From assembly GCA_951406725.2 (NCBI GenBank), contig OX597814.1, positions 42,284,001 through 42,348,000 on the forward strand: a stretch of DNA of 64,000 nt. The letters run 5' to 3'. Each line of letters begins with the position of its first letter. Position 1 is the first letter of the stretch. The DNA comes from Octopus vulgaris. Lineage: Eukaryota. A program made the translations under genes and the position numbers. The notes below the pieces were generated by a model that saw nothing but the letters and a program-made list of their open reading frames with translations, had not been told where the DNA came from and did no database searches. Shown here piece after piece: positions 12,931 through 26,123 of the stretch.

Positions 12931-12962
12931 ATGTATACGTATCTACACACATATATATACAC

Positions 12963-13001
<39 letters not shown>

Positions 13002-13439
13002 CATATACACATATACACATATACATACATATCGACATACACACATACATACACCCGCCCACATATACAAATTTATACACATGCACATGCATATACCTGT
13101 CTACACATACACACACGTATGTATGCATACACTCACTCCCATGCATGCACGCATACACACATGTATATATATACCCACGACCACACATACATATATACAC
13201 AGAAAAATATATATTCATACGCACATACACTCATGCACACACAACACACCTAGTTCCCTATATACACATATTTACACCTATATATACATACACCCACATA
13301 CACATATGTACATATATATATATATATATATACATATACACGCATACATATATATATACATGTGTGCACATACATACATATACACACACACATACACATA
13401 CACATACACATGTGTACCTATACATACCTACACATACAC

Positions 13440-13488
<49 letters not shown>

Positions 13489-13883
13489 CCAATACAGGCC
13501 CATTCCCTAATTTTAATTTTATTATCTTCATTTATTACTTTTGTTATCTTTGATCGCTAGAGCTAAGGATCCTGGCTATGGCAGCATGTCCATTTGTCTG
13601 TCTACTAGAAGGCAAGTACTCATTCCCGCACGCACACTCATTAGCACGTACATTCACCCATTCGTACACTCATACACATACACGTACGCACGCGTTATAT
13701 TCATACATACAAACATCTACATACGTTCACGTATATACACATACGTACTCGTACCTACAGATTCGTGTCTACACTTTAGGAGGCTAGTCTATACATATAC
13801 ACCAATAAATATACATATATATATATATATACACATATACATACACACACACACACATATACTCCTACATACAGATACATACC

Positions 13884-13937
<54 letters not shown>

Positions 13938-14230
13938 CATACATACACATACACACATATATATACACACACATACATACACATATATATATATACATAC
14001 ACAAACATATATACATATATATATATATATATATGTGTGTATATATATACACACATACACACATATATATATATATATATATAAATGATATATATGTATA
14101 CGTATATATATATATATACATGATTTATGTGCACATACATAATACACATACCACACATATTTATGTCATAGATGGTGAACACAGAGATACAAAATAGTCA
14201 TAAAAACGTTTCCGATAAAAATTAACTCAC

Positions 14231-14293
14231 CTAGACGCAAGAGATTATCAGTGAATGTCACCAATGAATATCCTTTATGTAAGATGCGTGAAA
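14231..14293 (-). CDS. Predicted exon 6: VSRILHKGYSLVTFTDNLLRL
   Basis: Acceptor CTTTTATTTAG, donor TAG|GTGAGT. Only the phase-1 frame is open, matching exon 5. Confidence 0.65.
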
Positions 14294-14516
14294 CTAAATA
14301 AAAGTATATCTACTACATCATGCTAATTAGATTTATATATATATTTGCTTACATTCATTAGAGTTCAAAATGTATATAGTAAGAGTGTACATATTTCCAC
14401 AGCGTGATTTAAAAAGTCAATGATGGCAATACAGACAAATTGAAATTAATATGACAAAAGGGCTAAAAATAAGGTCTTATGTCGAATCATATACTTTAAT
14501 TTTTAGCTAGCATCAT

Positions 14517-14800
14517 ATAGATTGTGTGATCAATAAATATTCGGACTGATGCTATAGTAACGAAGCTAAAGCACACAGAGTGAAGCCTCTCGACAGAGAT
14601 TGATCTTAAACTGTGCTGTGCAAGCCAACTAAGTTTTAGCTCACTTCTGCTGTTTCGAGCAGTGGTTTGAAATAACTTGTATAGCTTGTGATTGTCGCAT
14701 TGATCATGACAGATAAAGTTGAGTAGAGAATATGCATCAAATTTTGCCAAAAGATCGGCGATATGTGTTACGAGGCCTCCGTAAAGTTTTAAAACAAGTT
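14517..14800 (+). mobile_element. Mariner transposon 5' remnant
   Basis: 14706-14792 translates MTDKVE*RICIKFCQKIGD, matching the EQRICIKFCxKLG N-terminus of mariner transposases. Confidence 0.75.
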
Positions 14801-15256
14801 TACATTATTCTGCGCACAATGAAGGATATTTTGTGCAACTGAAACCTGATTATCTTCTTGGTCAGCTGAAAGTAGTTTTCACAGAAATTTGATAGAGACG
14901 AATCTCATACCCACATCCTTAGCGATAATGGCCTGAACTGAACGATAACTAATTTGCACATACTCTGATAACCCACAGATGATAACTCCAACTGAGATTG
15001 TTATCAACACTTACTTCTAAGTCTCAGATATTATTAGAAAGTGCGAGAAGGTCCCTTAAATGAAGAGAGTATGCCTGTTTTAGCATAGTCTCTTTTCCAA
15101 AGTACATCAGCTCAAATATTCCCTCGTTCAGTTGCATTTTGTTTTTCTGCTCATTGACTCACATCATGTAGACTGGAGTTGAGTTCGGTTTTCTTCATCT
15201 TTGATAATATCCTGGAGTTTAGAATCATCAGCAAATACTTCCACGTTGGTGTGTTT

Positions 15257-15333
<77 letters not shown>

Positions 15334-15336
<3 letters not shown>

Positions 15337-15445
15337 GCCTGCTAGCTTAGCCAGCGGGGTGGCGTCATTCGAAGGCTAAAACAATGCGAACGCATTGTGA
15401 CCAGCGATGTGTAACAACATCTGATGGGCTGGTCGGTCGCGTGAT

Positions 15446-15452
<7 letters not shown>
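15334..15452 (+). repeat. GC-rich multi-hairpin repeat fragment between microsatellites (probable retroposon 3' tail)
   Basis: Hairpins TTAGCC/GGCTAA, ACAATGCG-AA-CGCATTGT and GACCAG/CTGGTC; ends in a CACGTGAT-like repeat. Confidence 0.5.
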
Positions 15453-15504
<52 letters not shown>

Positions 15505-15671
15505 CATATATACATACATACATATAAATATACATTCATAACACGAAATATATTTTGCGCCGTGTTCAGAAAATATTTCTATTATGTATGTATGTATGTA
15601 TGTATGTATGCATGTATGTATGTATGCATGTACGTATGTAAGCATACGGGCTAAAACATTTTTAAGGATTA

Positions 15672-15707
<36 letters not shown>

Positions 15708-15722
15708 CATATACATTCATAC

Positions 15723-15773
<51 letters not shown>

Positions 15774-15779
15774 GATAAA

Positions 15780-16340
15780 TGATGTATGTAACTGCGTACC
15801 TCCCCTGCCTTCATTCTAGGGAATAGAATCTTAACTTCTTCAGTCTCACCCAGTAGCTGACATGTCGTGTTGAGACGATCTCCTTTGTGTAGCTTCGATA
15901 CCTTGCTACGACTTATGTTGTTAATTTTACAGTGTGAGGACAACAGTTCAGAGCAGTAATTCAAACGGCTTTCGACGAATATCCAGCAGAGGACTATCAT
16001 GTTTTCCTCTTCCCTCGTCCTGAATGTTCAAAAGAGCCATCCGTTCAACAGTCTTAACTGTTTTGCCATATTATTATATTTCTGGAAATATCAATCATTA
16101 ATCATGTCGATACCAATGACGGGCACTCGTTGCGATTCGCAGATCGCAAGACCCCATGAGCCATTTTAACCAGTCTGCTTTTATCTGTGCTACGGCGTGT
16201 GTTGATAACGGAGGGCTTGGAATTTTTCAGCTTTGAACTGCATGTTATTTTCCTCAGCCCACCTGCATATTGAAACCAACTCCGGTTGCTGATACACAAC
16301 GTATCAAGGGTTCTGTACCCTCAGAGAGACATTTGCTTCA
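15780..16340 (-). mobile_element. CR1/L2-like LINE reverse transcriptase C-terminal remnant
   Basis: Frameshifted translation gives ICRWAEENNMQFKAEKFQALRY, TFRTREEENMIVLCWIFVESRLNYCSELLS and YWVRLKKLRFYSLE. Confidence 0.85.
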
Positions 16341-16398
16341 TAACTCTCTCCCTCTCTCCCCCTCTTTCCTCTCTCTCTCCCTCTCTCCCTACAAATAT

Positions 16399-16471
<73 letters not shown>

Positions 16472-16660
16472 CTATATATGCATATATGAATATAGGAATG
16501 TGTGGGAGCAAGTACGTGCATTCATACAAAAATACCCTGTTGATGTTGAAATTCCAATAAAGTAGGCTTCGATCTGGGTTACAAACCGGCACTTTCTCTA
16601 TAAGCAAGTGATCTCGATATAAAACTGAACAATACCATTCATAAATACATACATACATAC

Positions 16661-16694
<34 letters not shown>

Positions 16695-16739
16695 GTGTAT
16701 GTGTGTCTATATGTATGTATGTATTTATGAATGGCATTA

Positions 16740-16794
<55 letters not shown>

Positions 16795-17479
16795 TCATTA
16801 CATTCTGAGTTGTCTTACCGAAAGTAATTTTGCTTGTCATCCACCCTGCGTCCATAAATTGAGGTATCACTCAATTGTAGAGAGTCGAAGGTATAGACTT
16901 AGACCTAATTAGCTAAATGCAAAAAAATGACTAAACACACTCACAGAAACACGCGCATACAAACGCTCACACACATGCAAACAAACAATAAGACTGATAA
17001 GTAATCTTACTATAGCAGTATACAAATAAGTTTAATGACGAGGCACCTAATTGACCTTCATAAGGTGACAATTGAACATTTATTAAAATTTGTGCCTGAC
17101 TTATATTAATGATTTGATATTCACCTCTCAACCTTTTCACATAATCTATGTGACCTAATAGTGAAATATTAATTTTAATCTCATCACTCATCGATTCTTA
17201 ATATACATCATCAATATGTGCCTTGATGATTGAGAAGTTTCAGGTCTACCTACCTATATATCTGACAACCTATCTACTTATCTATCTAGCTATCTAGCTA
17301 TCTATCTCCCCAACTCTATTAATAATACCCATCAAATGTAAATAATGTAAATAATGTACATAATTCCTCATCTCTTAAATTGTAGAACAATATTATTATT
17401 AATAATAATAATGTGACAACAAATGAAAGAGACCGCGATATTATGTTAATCGGAGAATTTACATATACGTACATAATAC

Positions 17480-17529
<50 letters not shown>

Positions 17530-17545
17530 TTATGTCAATCAGTAT

Positions 17546-17660
17546 ATAGTATAGGACAATCGGCTGTCGAAATAACGTATGAAAACTCCTCGGAGATTTT
17601 AGCACCGGCATTTCAAACTCTCAGTGCTATCATGACAACTTACTGATTGTCCTATATTAT
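17546..17660. mobile_element. Small MITE-like element with terminal inverted repeats
   Basis: TATAGGACAATC (17550-17561) and GATTGTCCTATA (17645-17656), extendable with mismatches. Confidence 0.55.
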
Positions 17661-19799
17661 ACATGTAAATATATATATATACATATATGATTAAATTAGA
17701 TGCTGCGTTAGTCGCATCATAGGATGGTTTCATCCAAGAAAATATTGGTTCAATACCTAGTATTTAGGGTGAGTAAATTTTCTACAATAATAGGTATAAT
17801 AAATTAAATAGGTATGGTAGAGTAAATGTGAATAGAATTAAGGTAAGTTTATAGTTAATTAAGGAATGAAGTGTTCATTTATAAAATATGAATAAATTAT
17901 TAAATTTAAATATGATGAAGAACACACACTCAAACACATATATATGCATACATACATATATATATATACATGCATGCACGTATATATACATAGAGATACA
18001 AGCAAATACATATACGTATACATATATCCGCAGGTACCCGCATTTTCGTGTATACATATACATACGCAAACATGCGTAAATGCGTATACACACTCACGCA
18101 CAAACACATGGGTATGTATGTGTGTGTGTGTGTGTGTGTACTCTTCAGACCATCACTCTAAACAGACATTAATGTACATTCACATTGGTCAATTAATTGG
18201 GTAATGAAATTTTGAATTATTGTGTATACTATATAGCGTTTCAAGGAAGGTATATTTGTTTTTTAACAGTTTTGCAAATATTAACACATCCTACAGACTT
18301 GCATTGACCACGAAAGGATTTCTCCAAGTAGAAAAAATATAACAAAATTTTACTACCATATATAATAAACAAGCACAACATAACATTTGAAGAACAGAGT
18401 AGCCAAAGAAATCATCAGTTTTTACTGAATTACCTGGAAAATAGGTGCGATGACCTATGTGATCAGATTCAGCATGTTGTAAGCAACAATGTATCCATTC
18501 AGTACAAGCATACATCTTCAACCAACATATCATTCCCATTAAATATGTCCGTACACAAACCTGTCCCAGCTATTGGCATTGAACAAACAAAGCATGTCAA
18601 TCAAATCATTTAGAATAGCTCCGACATCAACAGTCCCTCTTTTCTATGTTCTTATTGCATGTACGCTGCGTTAAGGCAATTTCAACTCTCATAAATGGAA
18701 ACTAAATACATAACTGGAGATCAAATACATAAACGGTGAGATTCATAAACTGACGCTCTGCATCCCTTTCTTCAACCAAACATTTCCCTCTTACACAACT
18801 CCAACATGGATACTGCGCTGAAAAGTCAAACATCTCACCCTCATCCATGCCAATTGTAAGGATGAAAACAGTCACCTTTCTACCTTAATATTCTTGCTAT
18901 AGATGCAAAATACATATTTTAACATAGCTACTCTGAACGTGTGTCAGTATATAAGGTTAATGACTTAAACATAATTACTCTCAGTACTCTTTCTCAATTA
19001 GCATGTAGAATCGAAAATGAGGAAATATGTCATTTACTCGAACATTGCGAGCATATTTGTGTCGGGAGTCATACAATTTTGCTATGACAATTTATAATTC
19101 GTGTAACACACATTTCGTCATACTTTTTTTGTTACTTTCTTTAGAATTTTTATTTTATTTAACTTAGCTTTGCATCCAATTGAGAAGAAACTATATTTGT
19201 ATGTTATTTTAATTTTATATCACTTGTAACTATTAACCCATGTGTATATTATACACTCCTTATTATTTCTTTGTTGAAGATTTCCAAGATTATTGATTCC
19301 TAAACATTCCTATATGCACTGTAGTTTTAACTACCTTACTGCTGCTTTCATTATATATCAATATCAGTACTATGAATTTACCTTTCATCGAATTTGACCT
19401 AGGACAGGATTTTAAACACAAATCTCATATGAAATTTCGTAGTACATACATGTACTCTCTGCAGCAGTGTTTCTAGTTTTTATCAGCTAGAATATCACCC
19501 ATATACTATGGCTAATTTTCCAACGACAGTAATTTTATCTATGTTCCTCTCCGTTTAAAATGTTCGTTATACGCATTAATACCAAGCACAAAGATAACAT
19601 TTTAAAAATACTGGAATATTTCTCTTATCCTGCTCAAAATCTTGTCTCATAACTCACGATTCAGTTACAGACTGTCTATCATTAATTGATTTTTGCAGTG
19701 TCAATTCTGGCATTTATTTCAAATATTCCTTTATGTTCTATTATACTACTAGTTAATATAGAGGCTGTAAATAAGACGGACTATGTCGGAGTAATTTTC

Positions 19800-20900
19800 T
19801 TTTTACGTTTGTAGTTTCTTTACTCTTGGATATGAAGACGTTTCTTTACTCACTAACTTTATCAGAAGTTGTTTATTTCTGTCCCTAGCTTATTATTATA
19901 TATCTACCAGTGCCGTATGTGTCTCTGTAGAACAGTTAGCGCTTAACTTTTCCCTTTTCACCATCCCCTAATGGCAACTTTTCTTTTGCATCCTCTGTTT
20001 GTATCTAGTTTTGTAATGGTAGAGCTCGTTTATAAAAATACTGGATTCACTATTTTGAACAATCTTATCAATGGTGATTCATTAATGTCATACGTCATGC
20101 CACAAGATTTCTATTTCTATTGCTGCAAGTGCTGCATTGTTTAATTTTTGCTGTTACCTATTTCATGATAAAAGAGGTATGCGTAACAGTCGGGTTTCTC
20201 TCTTCCCCCTCCCACAAGAATCGTTGTTGCTTTCCATACTGACTGATTGTTTGCAATATTTTGATTATGGGTGCTATTTCTTCTCCGTGTCATATGTGGT
20301 ATTTGTCTGTCAATTTTACACTTGTCTCGTTTCGTTATTGATTTCATTAAGGATAGAGTGATCTTCCTCTTGTTTCCTGACTTTTTTCTAAATATTGGTT
20401 TTCCATGTTGTTTGAGTGGCTTTTAGTATTCACATATGATAGGTTTAAGAAAATACCTACTGTCCTTTCTAATTATATTTGCTGTAGCACATACTTCTTT
20501 TATCCTGGCAATATTGATCTTCGTGTTACTTTTCATTGAGTCTGTGATATACAGAGTTTTTTTTTTCATTGATGTTGCTATCCTGTCCTTTTGAAATAAA
20601 TTCCTGGATCTATAGCGAAATCACTTTTTTTAAATTCTTCATTTATATTATCAAGACTGTCATAGCCATAATGCGTTACTTAGCCTTTCTTCTTTTTCTT
20701 AAATCATTGTCATATCGATTTTTATTGATGTAATTCTTTATGTTGTCTTCACATTTGTTGGTCAGTGTGCAGTTGATGTTTTAGAACGTATTGTGAGTCG
20801 TTTTGACTTCCTTGCATTTTCCTATTAATTGTTCTATTTCTATTTTCTGGAATCTTAAGGTTTCCATACTGCATATTCTAATATTCGTTGTCTGTAGAAC
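19800..20900 (-). mobile_element. Possible very degenerate LINE RT remnant (RTE-like)
   Basis: Only faint echoes of the QGD-LSP-LFNI and L-FADD regions (ESPL..LFKIV), with many stops. Confidence 0.3.
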
Positions 20901-21179
20901 CCGACAGACAATCACCCGTGGGTTCAGGTTTTATTTGAAATTTTTGCAGGAATTCGTTTGATTTGGTTTGAAACTTGCTCCAACAGTTTGTTTGAACAGA
21001 GTGTCTGCTCATCGACCGTTATGATAATTTGTAATACATTCATTTTATGGGCTAATAATCAATGAATTTTACGAGTATTACTTACACACATATCCTTCAA
21101 TATTTTCGATAGTCATTTCGATTTAATTTATTGACTTTTAATTGTTTCTATTGAATACTTTTACCCCAGACAAGCGTTG

Positions 21180-21247
21180 TTGTCATCAGTACTATCATCA
21201 TCATCATCGTCGTCATCATCATCATCGTCGTCATCATCAACATCGTC

Positions 21248-21316
<69 letters not shown>

Positions 21317-21561
21317 GCCATCATCATCATCATCATCGTCATTATCATCATCGTCATCATCATCATCATTACCATCATCATCCTCATCGTCATTCTTATC
21401 ATCATCATCATCATCATTATCATCATCATCATCATCGTTGTCGTCGTCATCGTCGTAGTCGTAATTGTATTTCTTGTTGTTGCTACTGCAGTTATTGAAG
21501 AGCATTATTATCATTAATACTGCAATTATGTCATAATTACTGTAATTATTATTATTATTAA

Positions 21562-21615
<54 letters not shown>

Positions 21616-21662
21616 CATTATTTTTGTTGTTGTTGTTACTGTAGTTGTTGTTGCTGTTATTG
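21180..21662. repeat. (CAT/CGT)n, (TTA)n and (TTG)n microsatellite block
   Basis: Seen directly. Explains the poly-His/Asp/Ser ORFs. Confidence 0.95.
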
Positions 21663-22355
21663 CCAAAAAGCAGCAAACAAATGTTAAAACATAAAAGCCA
21701 TTTCCTACTCCATGGAATGAGAAAGTAACCCAATGCTAAATGAGAAGTGTCAACAATATTCAATAAAAAAAACAGAAGCAACTTTAAAGCTAAAAACTAA
21801 GCAAACGGTTATAAGCTGTTAAAGCGTGACTGAAATGTAGAAAAATACCACATGACTATGCGCAGCTAATAATATGCTTTTATACTAGATAGCTCGTCCA
21901 ACAAAGAGAACCGGAACAAATCAGTATAGGAGTAAAGGAAAAAATAAAAACCTATTTCAATACATTTTCAATGAGATGCATCAATTTCATGGTGATATGT
22001 TTGATGTTGCGTTATCTGTTTGGCATTATAGCTTAAAAGGAAAATTCATAACCAATTCTACTCTATTAACATCTAGTTAAGACGGAAGTTGTAACACATT
22101 GGCTAGAAACATATTAACTGATTGTATAGTGTGGTGCTTTGCCAGTTTACCAGTAGTGTGCAGATATAAAAAAAATGATGTACGCATACACACCTCACAC
22201 TTACACGCACATGCACACACACATGCACACACGCATAAACACACACACAAACTCACATACATGCATTCAGACAAACGCTAACACTCACACATTCATAAAT
22301 AAACAGACATAACGAAATACCTAAGTGCATGCACACAGTTCTGTACAAGACAAGC

Positions 22356-22396
<41 letters not shown>

Positions 22397-22411
<15 letters not shown>

Positions 22412-22439
22412 GTATGTATGCATGTATCCATCTATCTAT

Positions 22440-22473
<34 letters not shown>

Positions 22474-22516
22474 ATAGATAGATGGATACATACATACATA
22501 CATACATACATACATA
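22397..22516. repeat. About 120 bp palindrome built from compound microsatellites
   Basis: ATGTATCCATCTATCTATCCA-(TA)14-TGGATAGATAGATGGATACAT is perfect over 22422-22491; (TATG)n/(CATA)n arms extend it after one mismatch. Confidence 0.9.
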
Positions 22517-22902
22517 CATACATACACACAGACACAAACATATATATGTATATATATATATATGCGTGTGTGTTTGTGTGTATATATATGCATATCAGGG
22601 AATACATGAGCGGGTAATGTGTTTGGATATGCATCAGCGTTCATATTTTCATTTATTTATTATTTTTACGAATTATTTATTCTTCAACGATTTATGAGTT
22701 CTATAATACACATTTTGAATGATTATGAAGCATGTCTCCATTAATGTTTACACACCAGGATCCCTTTTAAAGCCTGTCGTCTTAAGCTAATTCTCATTAA
22801 AATGCGTTTTATGTACATGATTAGAATATAATTTTATATGCAAGCATCGTGACAATAATATGAATTCAGTTATCCTTGCTTATTAAGGAAACATCTAAAT
22901 AC

Positions 22903-22997
22903 CTTGTCTGCGGATATGTTTCTTCAGCGGAATCAGTCGACCATTGCAGACCAACTCTTCATGGAAAATCCCAACAATATTGAATACCACATATTCT
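22903..22997 (-). CDS. Predicted exon 5: EYVVFNIVGIFHEELVCNGRLIPLKKHIRRQ
   Basis: Acceptor ATGTTTCAG, donor AAG|GTATTT. Only one frame is open; phase 2 to 1. Confidence 0.6.
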
Positions 22998-24065
22998 CTG
23001 AAACATTGTGATGTAAACATTACTTCAGAGACAAAACAATCTGATGTATTTCTACAGGTAAATGATGCAAACTGCTCACTAATTGACGATACAATAGTAA
23101 TAAGCAGATCGTATCAATTGCATACCTATGTTGACATATGGGCTTACAATATGTGTAATACGTTTAGAAAAATCATTTCAAATATACATATGAGTGCAAT
23201 ATAAATTTAAAAATAAAAAAGATTTCAAGTAAAGAGATTTTATCATCGAATTTCATTTTAAAGGCAGAAAAAATTATATGATTTTGTTTTAAATAGCAAA
23301 CGGAGCAACATTCATCATGAAACATTGATAATATTAATTATACCAAACAATATTAAACATTACTATTTGATTTATTTTCATTAAATTCCTTATATGTTAA
23401 TGATGCACAACAAATAGTTCTTCGAACTGAAAGACCTTCGAAAATATTCTCACGTCAATATCCATAGAATAAAATAACATAGATCTCAAACTTTAGAGAA
23501 CAACGGTATCAGAAAATGTAATAATGTAAGTTTAATGACTAAACATGAAAGCAAGTTCATATCTCAGGTGCAATTCTACAAGCTTCAGCTCAAGAAATTA
23601 GCCTCGTAACCAGTGAAAATGTAATGTTCTCCATCAATGACGAATGCATTATTTTGTGTCTCTATAGTTTATAGGTATAAAGGAATCTTCTCTCTGAAAG
23701 ATATTCATTTAAAAACTACGTAATTAAGATTAAATATCGGTCGTTTGATATTAAAGTAAAAAAGACAGAAAAGAAAATTCCACAACTTATATAATTTTCT
23801 GTACAGGATTTTCATGCCATTTTCAGTTATGTTGTCTCTGTTTTTGTGTACATGTAAGGATGTATTGTCAAATATGTAAGACTCATGTTTTACTGTCATA
23901 TGATGGATTATATGTATTCCGGAGATCTGAGCAATCAACTCTTGATAAATTTTACTCTGAAGGCAGTCATTAAAACTCCGAATTATTTTACCTTTTATTC
24001 AAATGATTTCTATTTATTTGGAATTTGAAACTAAGTCACGATCACAGACATATATATATATATAT

Positions 24066-24123
24066 GTGCCCCAGCATGGCCTCAGCCGGATGGCTGAAAC
24101 AAGTAAAAGAGTAAAAGAGTAAA

Positions 24124-24125
<2 letters not shown>
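24066..24125 (+). mobile_element. Isolated SINE 3' tail with (GTAAAAGA)n end
   Basis: GTGCCCCAGCATGGCCTCAGCCGGATGGCTGAAACAAGTAAAAGAGTAAAAGAGTAAAAGA. Confidence 0.75.
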
Positions 24126-24158
<33 letters not shown>

Positions 24159-24236
24159 TATGTGTATATATACACACACGTATACATATATACATGCGTA
24201 TGTTTAGATTCATAAATATACAGAAGTACATACATA

Positions 24237-24282
<46 letters not shown>

Positions 24283-26079
24283 CAGTGTGTGTGTGACTGT
24301 GTATTTGGCCGTGTGAGTGAGTGAGTGTCTGTGTGTGAATTGCTGACTTTAGTTAAGATTGGTAAATTACCTTCCCGAAAATTCAATGTTTTTTTTTTTT
24401 TATTCTAACGCATGTTAACAATCATTATATATAAACATTTTGACATTTATGCGGAATGAATCAATATGATTATACTTTAAAATGATGACGAGCTGAGAAA
24501 ATCATTACAGCATCGGGAAAATGCCTTCCCATATGTTGTTACAACTTTTTGCATTCAGCGTCAAAATTCTACGTTGTATTTGATTCCTTGTTGTGGAGAG
24601 TAAATAAAGAGTTTGCTTATAAAACGCTCACGTTGAGTAGAAGGAATTTTAGAGGTGAGCAATGAGGGGGAAGAAAGATGGTGGGTACTGATAATTTGAT
24701 GATGTTTGGGTGGAAGAAACGTGTGCTGAGAAGAAAAGGCACGAAATGGCTAGAAACCCCTTATTTTCTCTCTGTGCTCTATGGATTCTGTGCTTTCTGC
24801 AGCAACATCATCTCAAATGTGAAAGCTGTATTTTATTGTTGAAATCATTGTCGTTTTGTAGCTTGCAAATATTTGGTGTGACATATTCTTTCTAATTTTG
24901 AAGTGAAGACTTAGTCAGCAGGATTCAATCCAAGGTTTGGTTAAGGTGTGTTTTCACTATTAATGAACCCAGGGCTGTAGTAGAATTCACTCGCCTGGTT
25001 TCTATGGCTGAATACTCTCTGTTACAGTGCTTTGTTACTCATAAATATATTAGCGATGAGGTTTTCTCGAAATGAGTGGCTTTCGTGTTTCCTTGGTTAA
25101 TTGCCTCATATCGACTGACAGTTGCGAGTTCGACTTATGGTTCCATGTTCCGGGAAGGATGGAAAAGAATAAACCACCGTTTCATTTGTGCAAGTTTGAG
25201 CGTTGTTTGACGTAACAGTAGCGCATTCGTGTAAAGAGTGAAGAGACTGGTATAGAATACCGACCAAATTGATACCCGGAATGTTATAGAATGAGTCCCA
25301 CGAACTCGTACCGTAAGTTTAGATCTGGCACATATCAACATATCCAGGATTTGAGCGATTAATGAAGTCTATTTATTGTGCTATCTTCATTTTGGATTAG
25401 GAATATTTAAGCACTAGTGCTTTGTAAAGTAAATCCTTATTTAATCCGCAATTTTTATTAAACGATATAATAAAAGTCTTATTGCAACGAACATTTTAAA
25501 TAGGTTATTAAAATATTGTAACTTCCCTGCCATCTAAAACATAATGTGGAAAATGACACTAGTAGCTGTAAGGCTAATGAAAATCATTATAATGCTGATT
25601 ATGTTCTCTTTATATTTTCACGAACAATCAATTAAATTGTCAGTATCTAGGTTTTGCCTACGGCTCCATATTTAAGTACATTTCATTTTTCTATTGATGA
25701 AACGAATGTGATACTCGTCTTCATTATTTGTGAAAATGATAGGCCTGTAGCTTGAAACTTATAATCAAATACAATAACAACGAAAAAATAAATATTATGT
25801 TTAATAATATTTCGTCTTAATCATAGCCTAATATTGATTTGGAAGAACAAGCAGTTTACTTAATGCACAAAGATACAAGTATTGAGCCGACAAATATGCG
25901 CATACATGTCAGTCAGTTTCTCTGCTACACTCTTTATGTATAATGTATAGTAATATGTTTACATGTAATTGTGCATATGCATATATGTATAGTGTCGTAT
26001 CCCATAGAACAGGCTCAAACATACGCTGTGTGTCTATACATACATAGTCACACAGTACATGCACACATATATATACATA

Positions 26080-26123
<44 letters not shown>

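Noticed and set aside
18690-18770. LEIKYINGEIH..TDAL resembling Gypsy RNase H
   Set aside because: Too short, needs a frameshift, and no other LTR-element motifs are nearby.
22928-23057. Plus-strand exon candidate GISRPLQTNSSWKIP...VFLQ with AG and GTAAAT sites
   Set aside because: It overlaps minus-strand exon 5, which fits a multi-exon chain; no convincing plus-strand partners were found. Not fully excluded.
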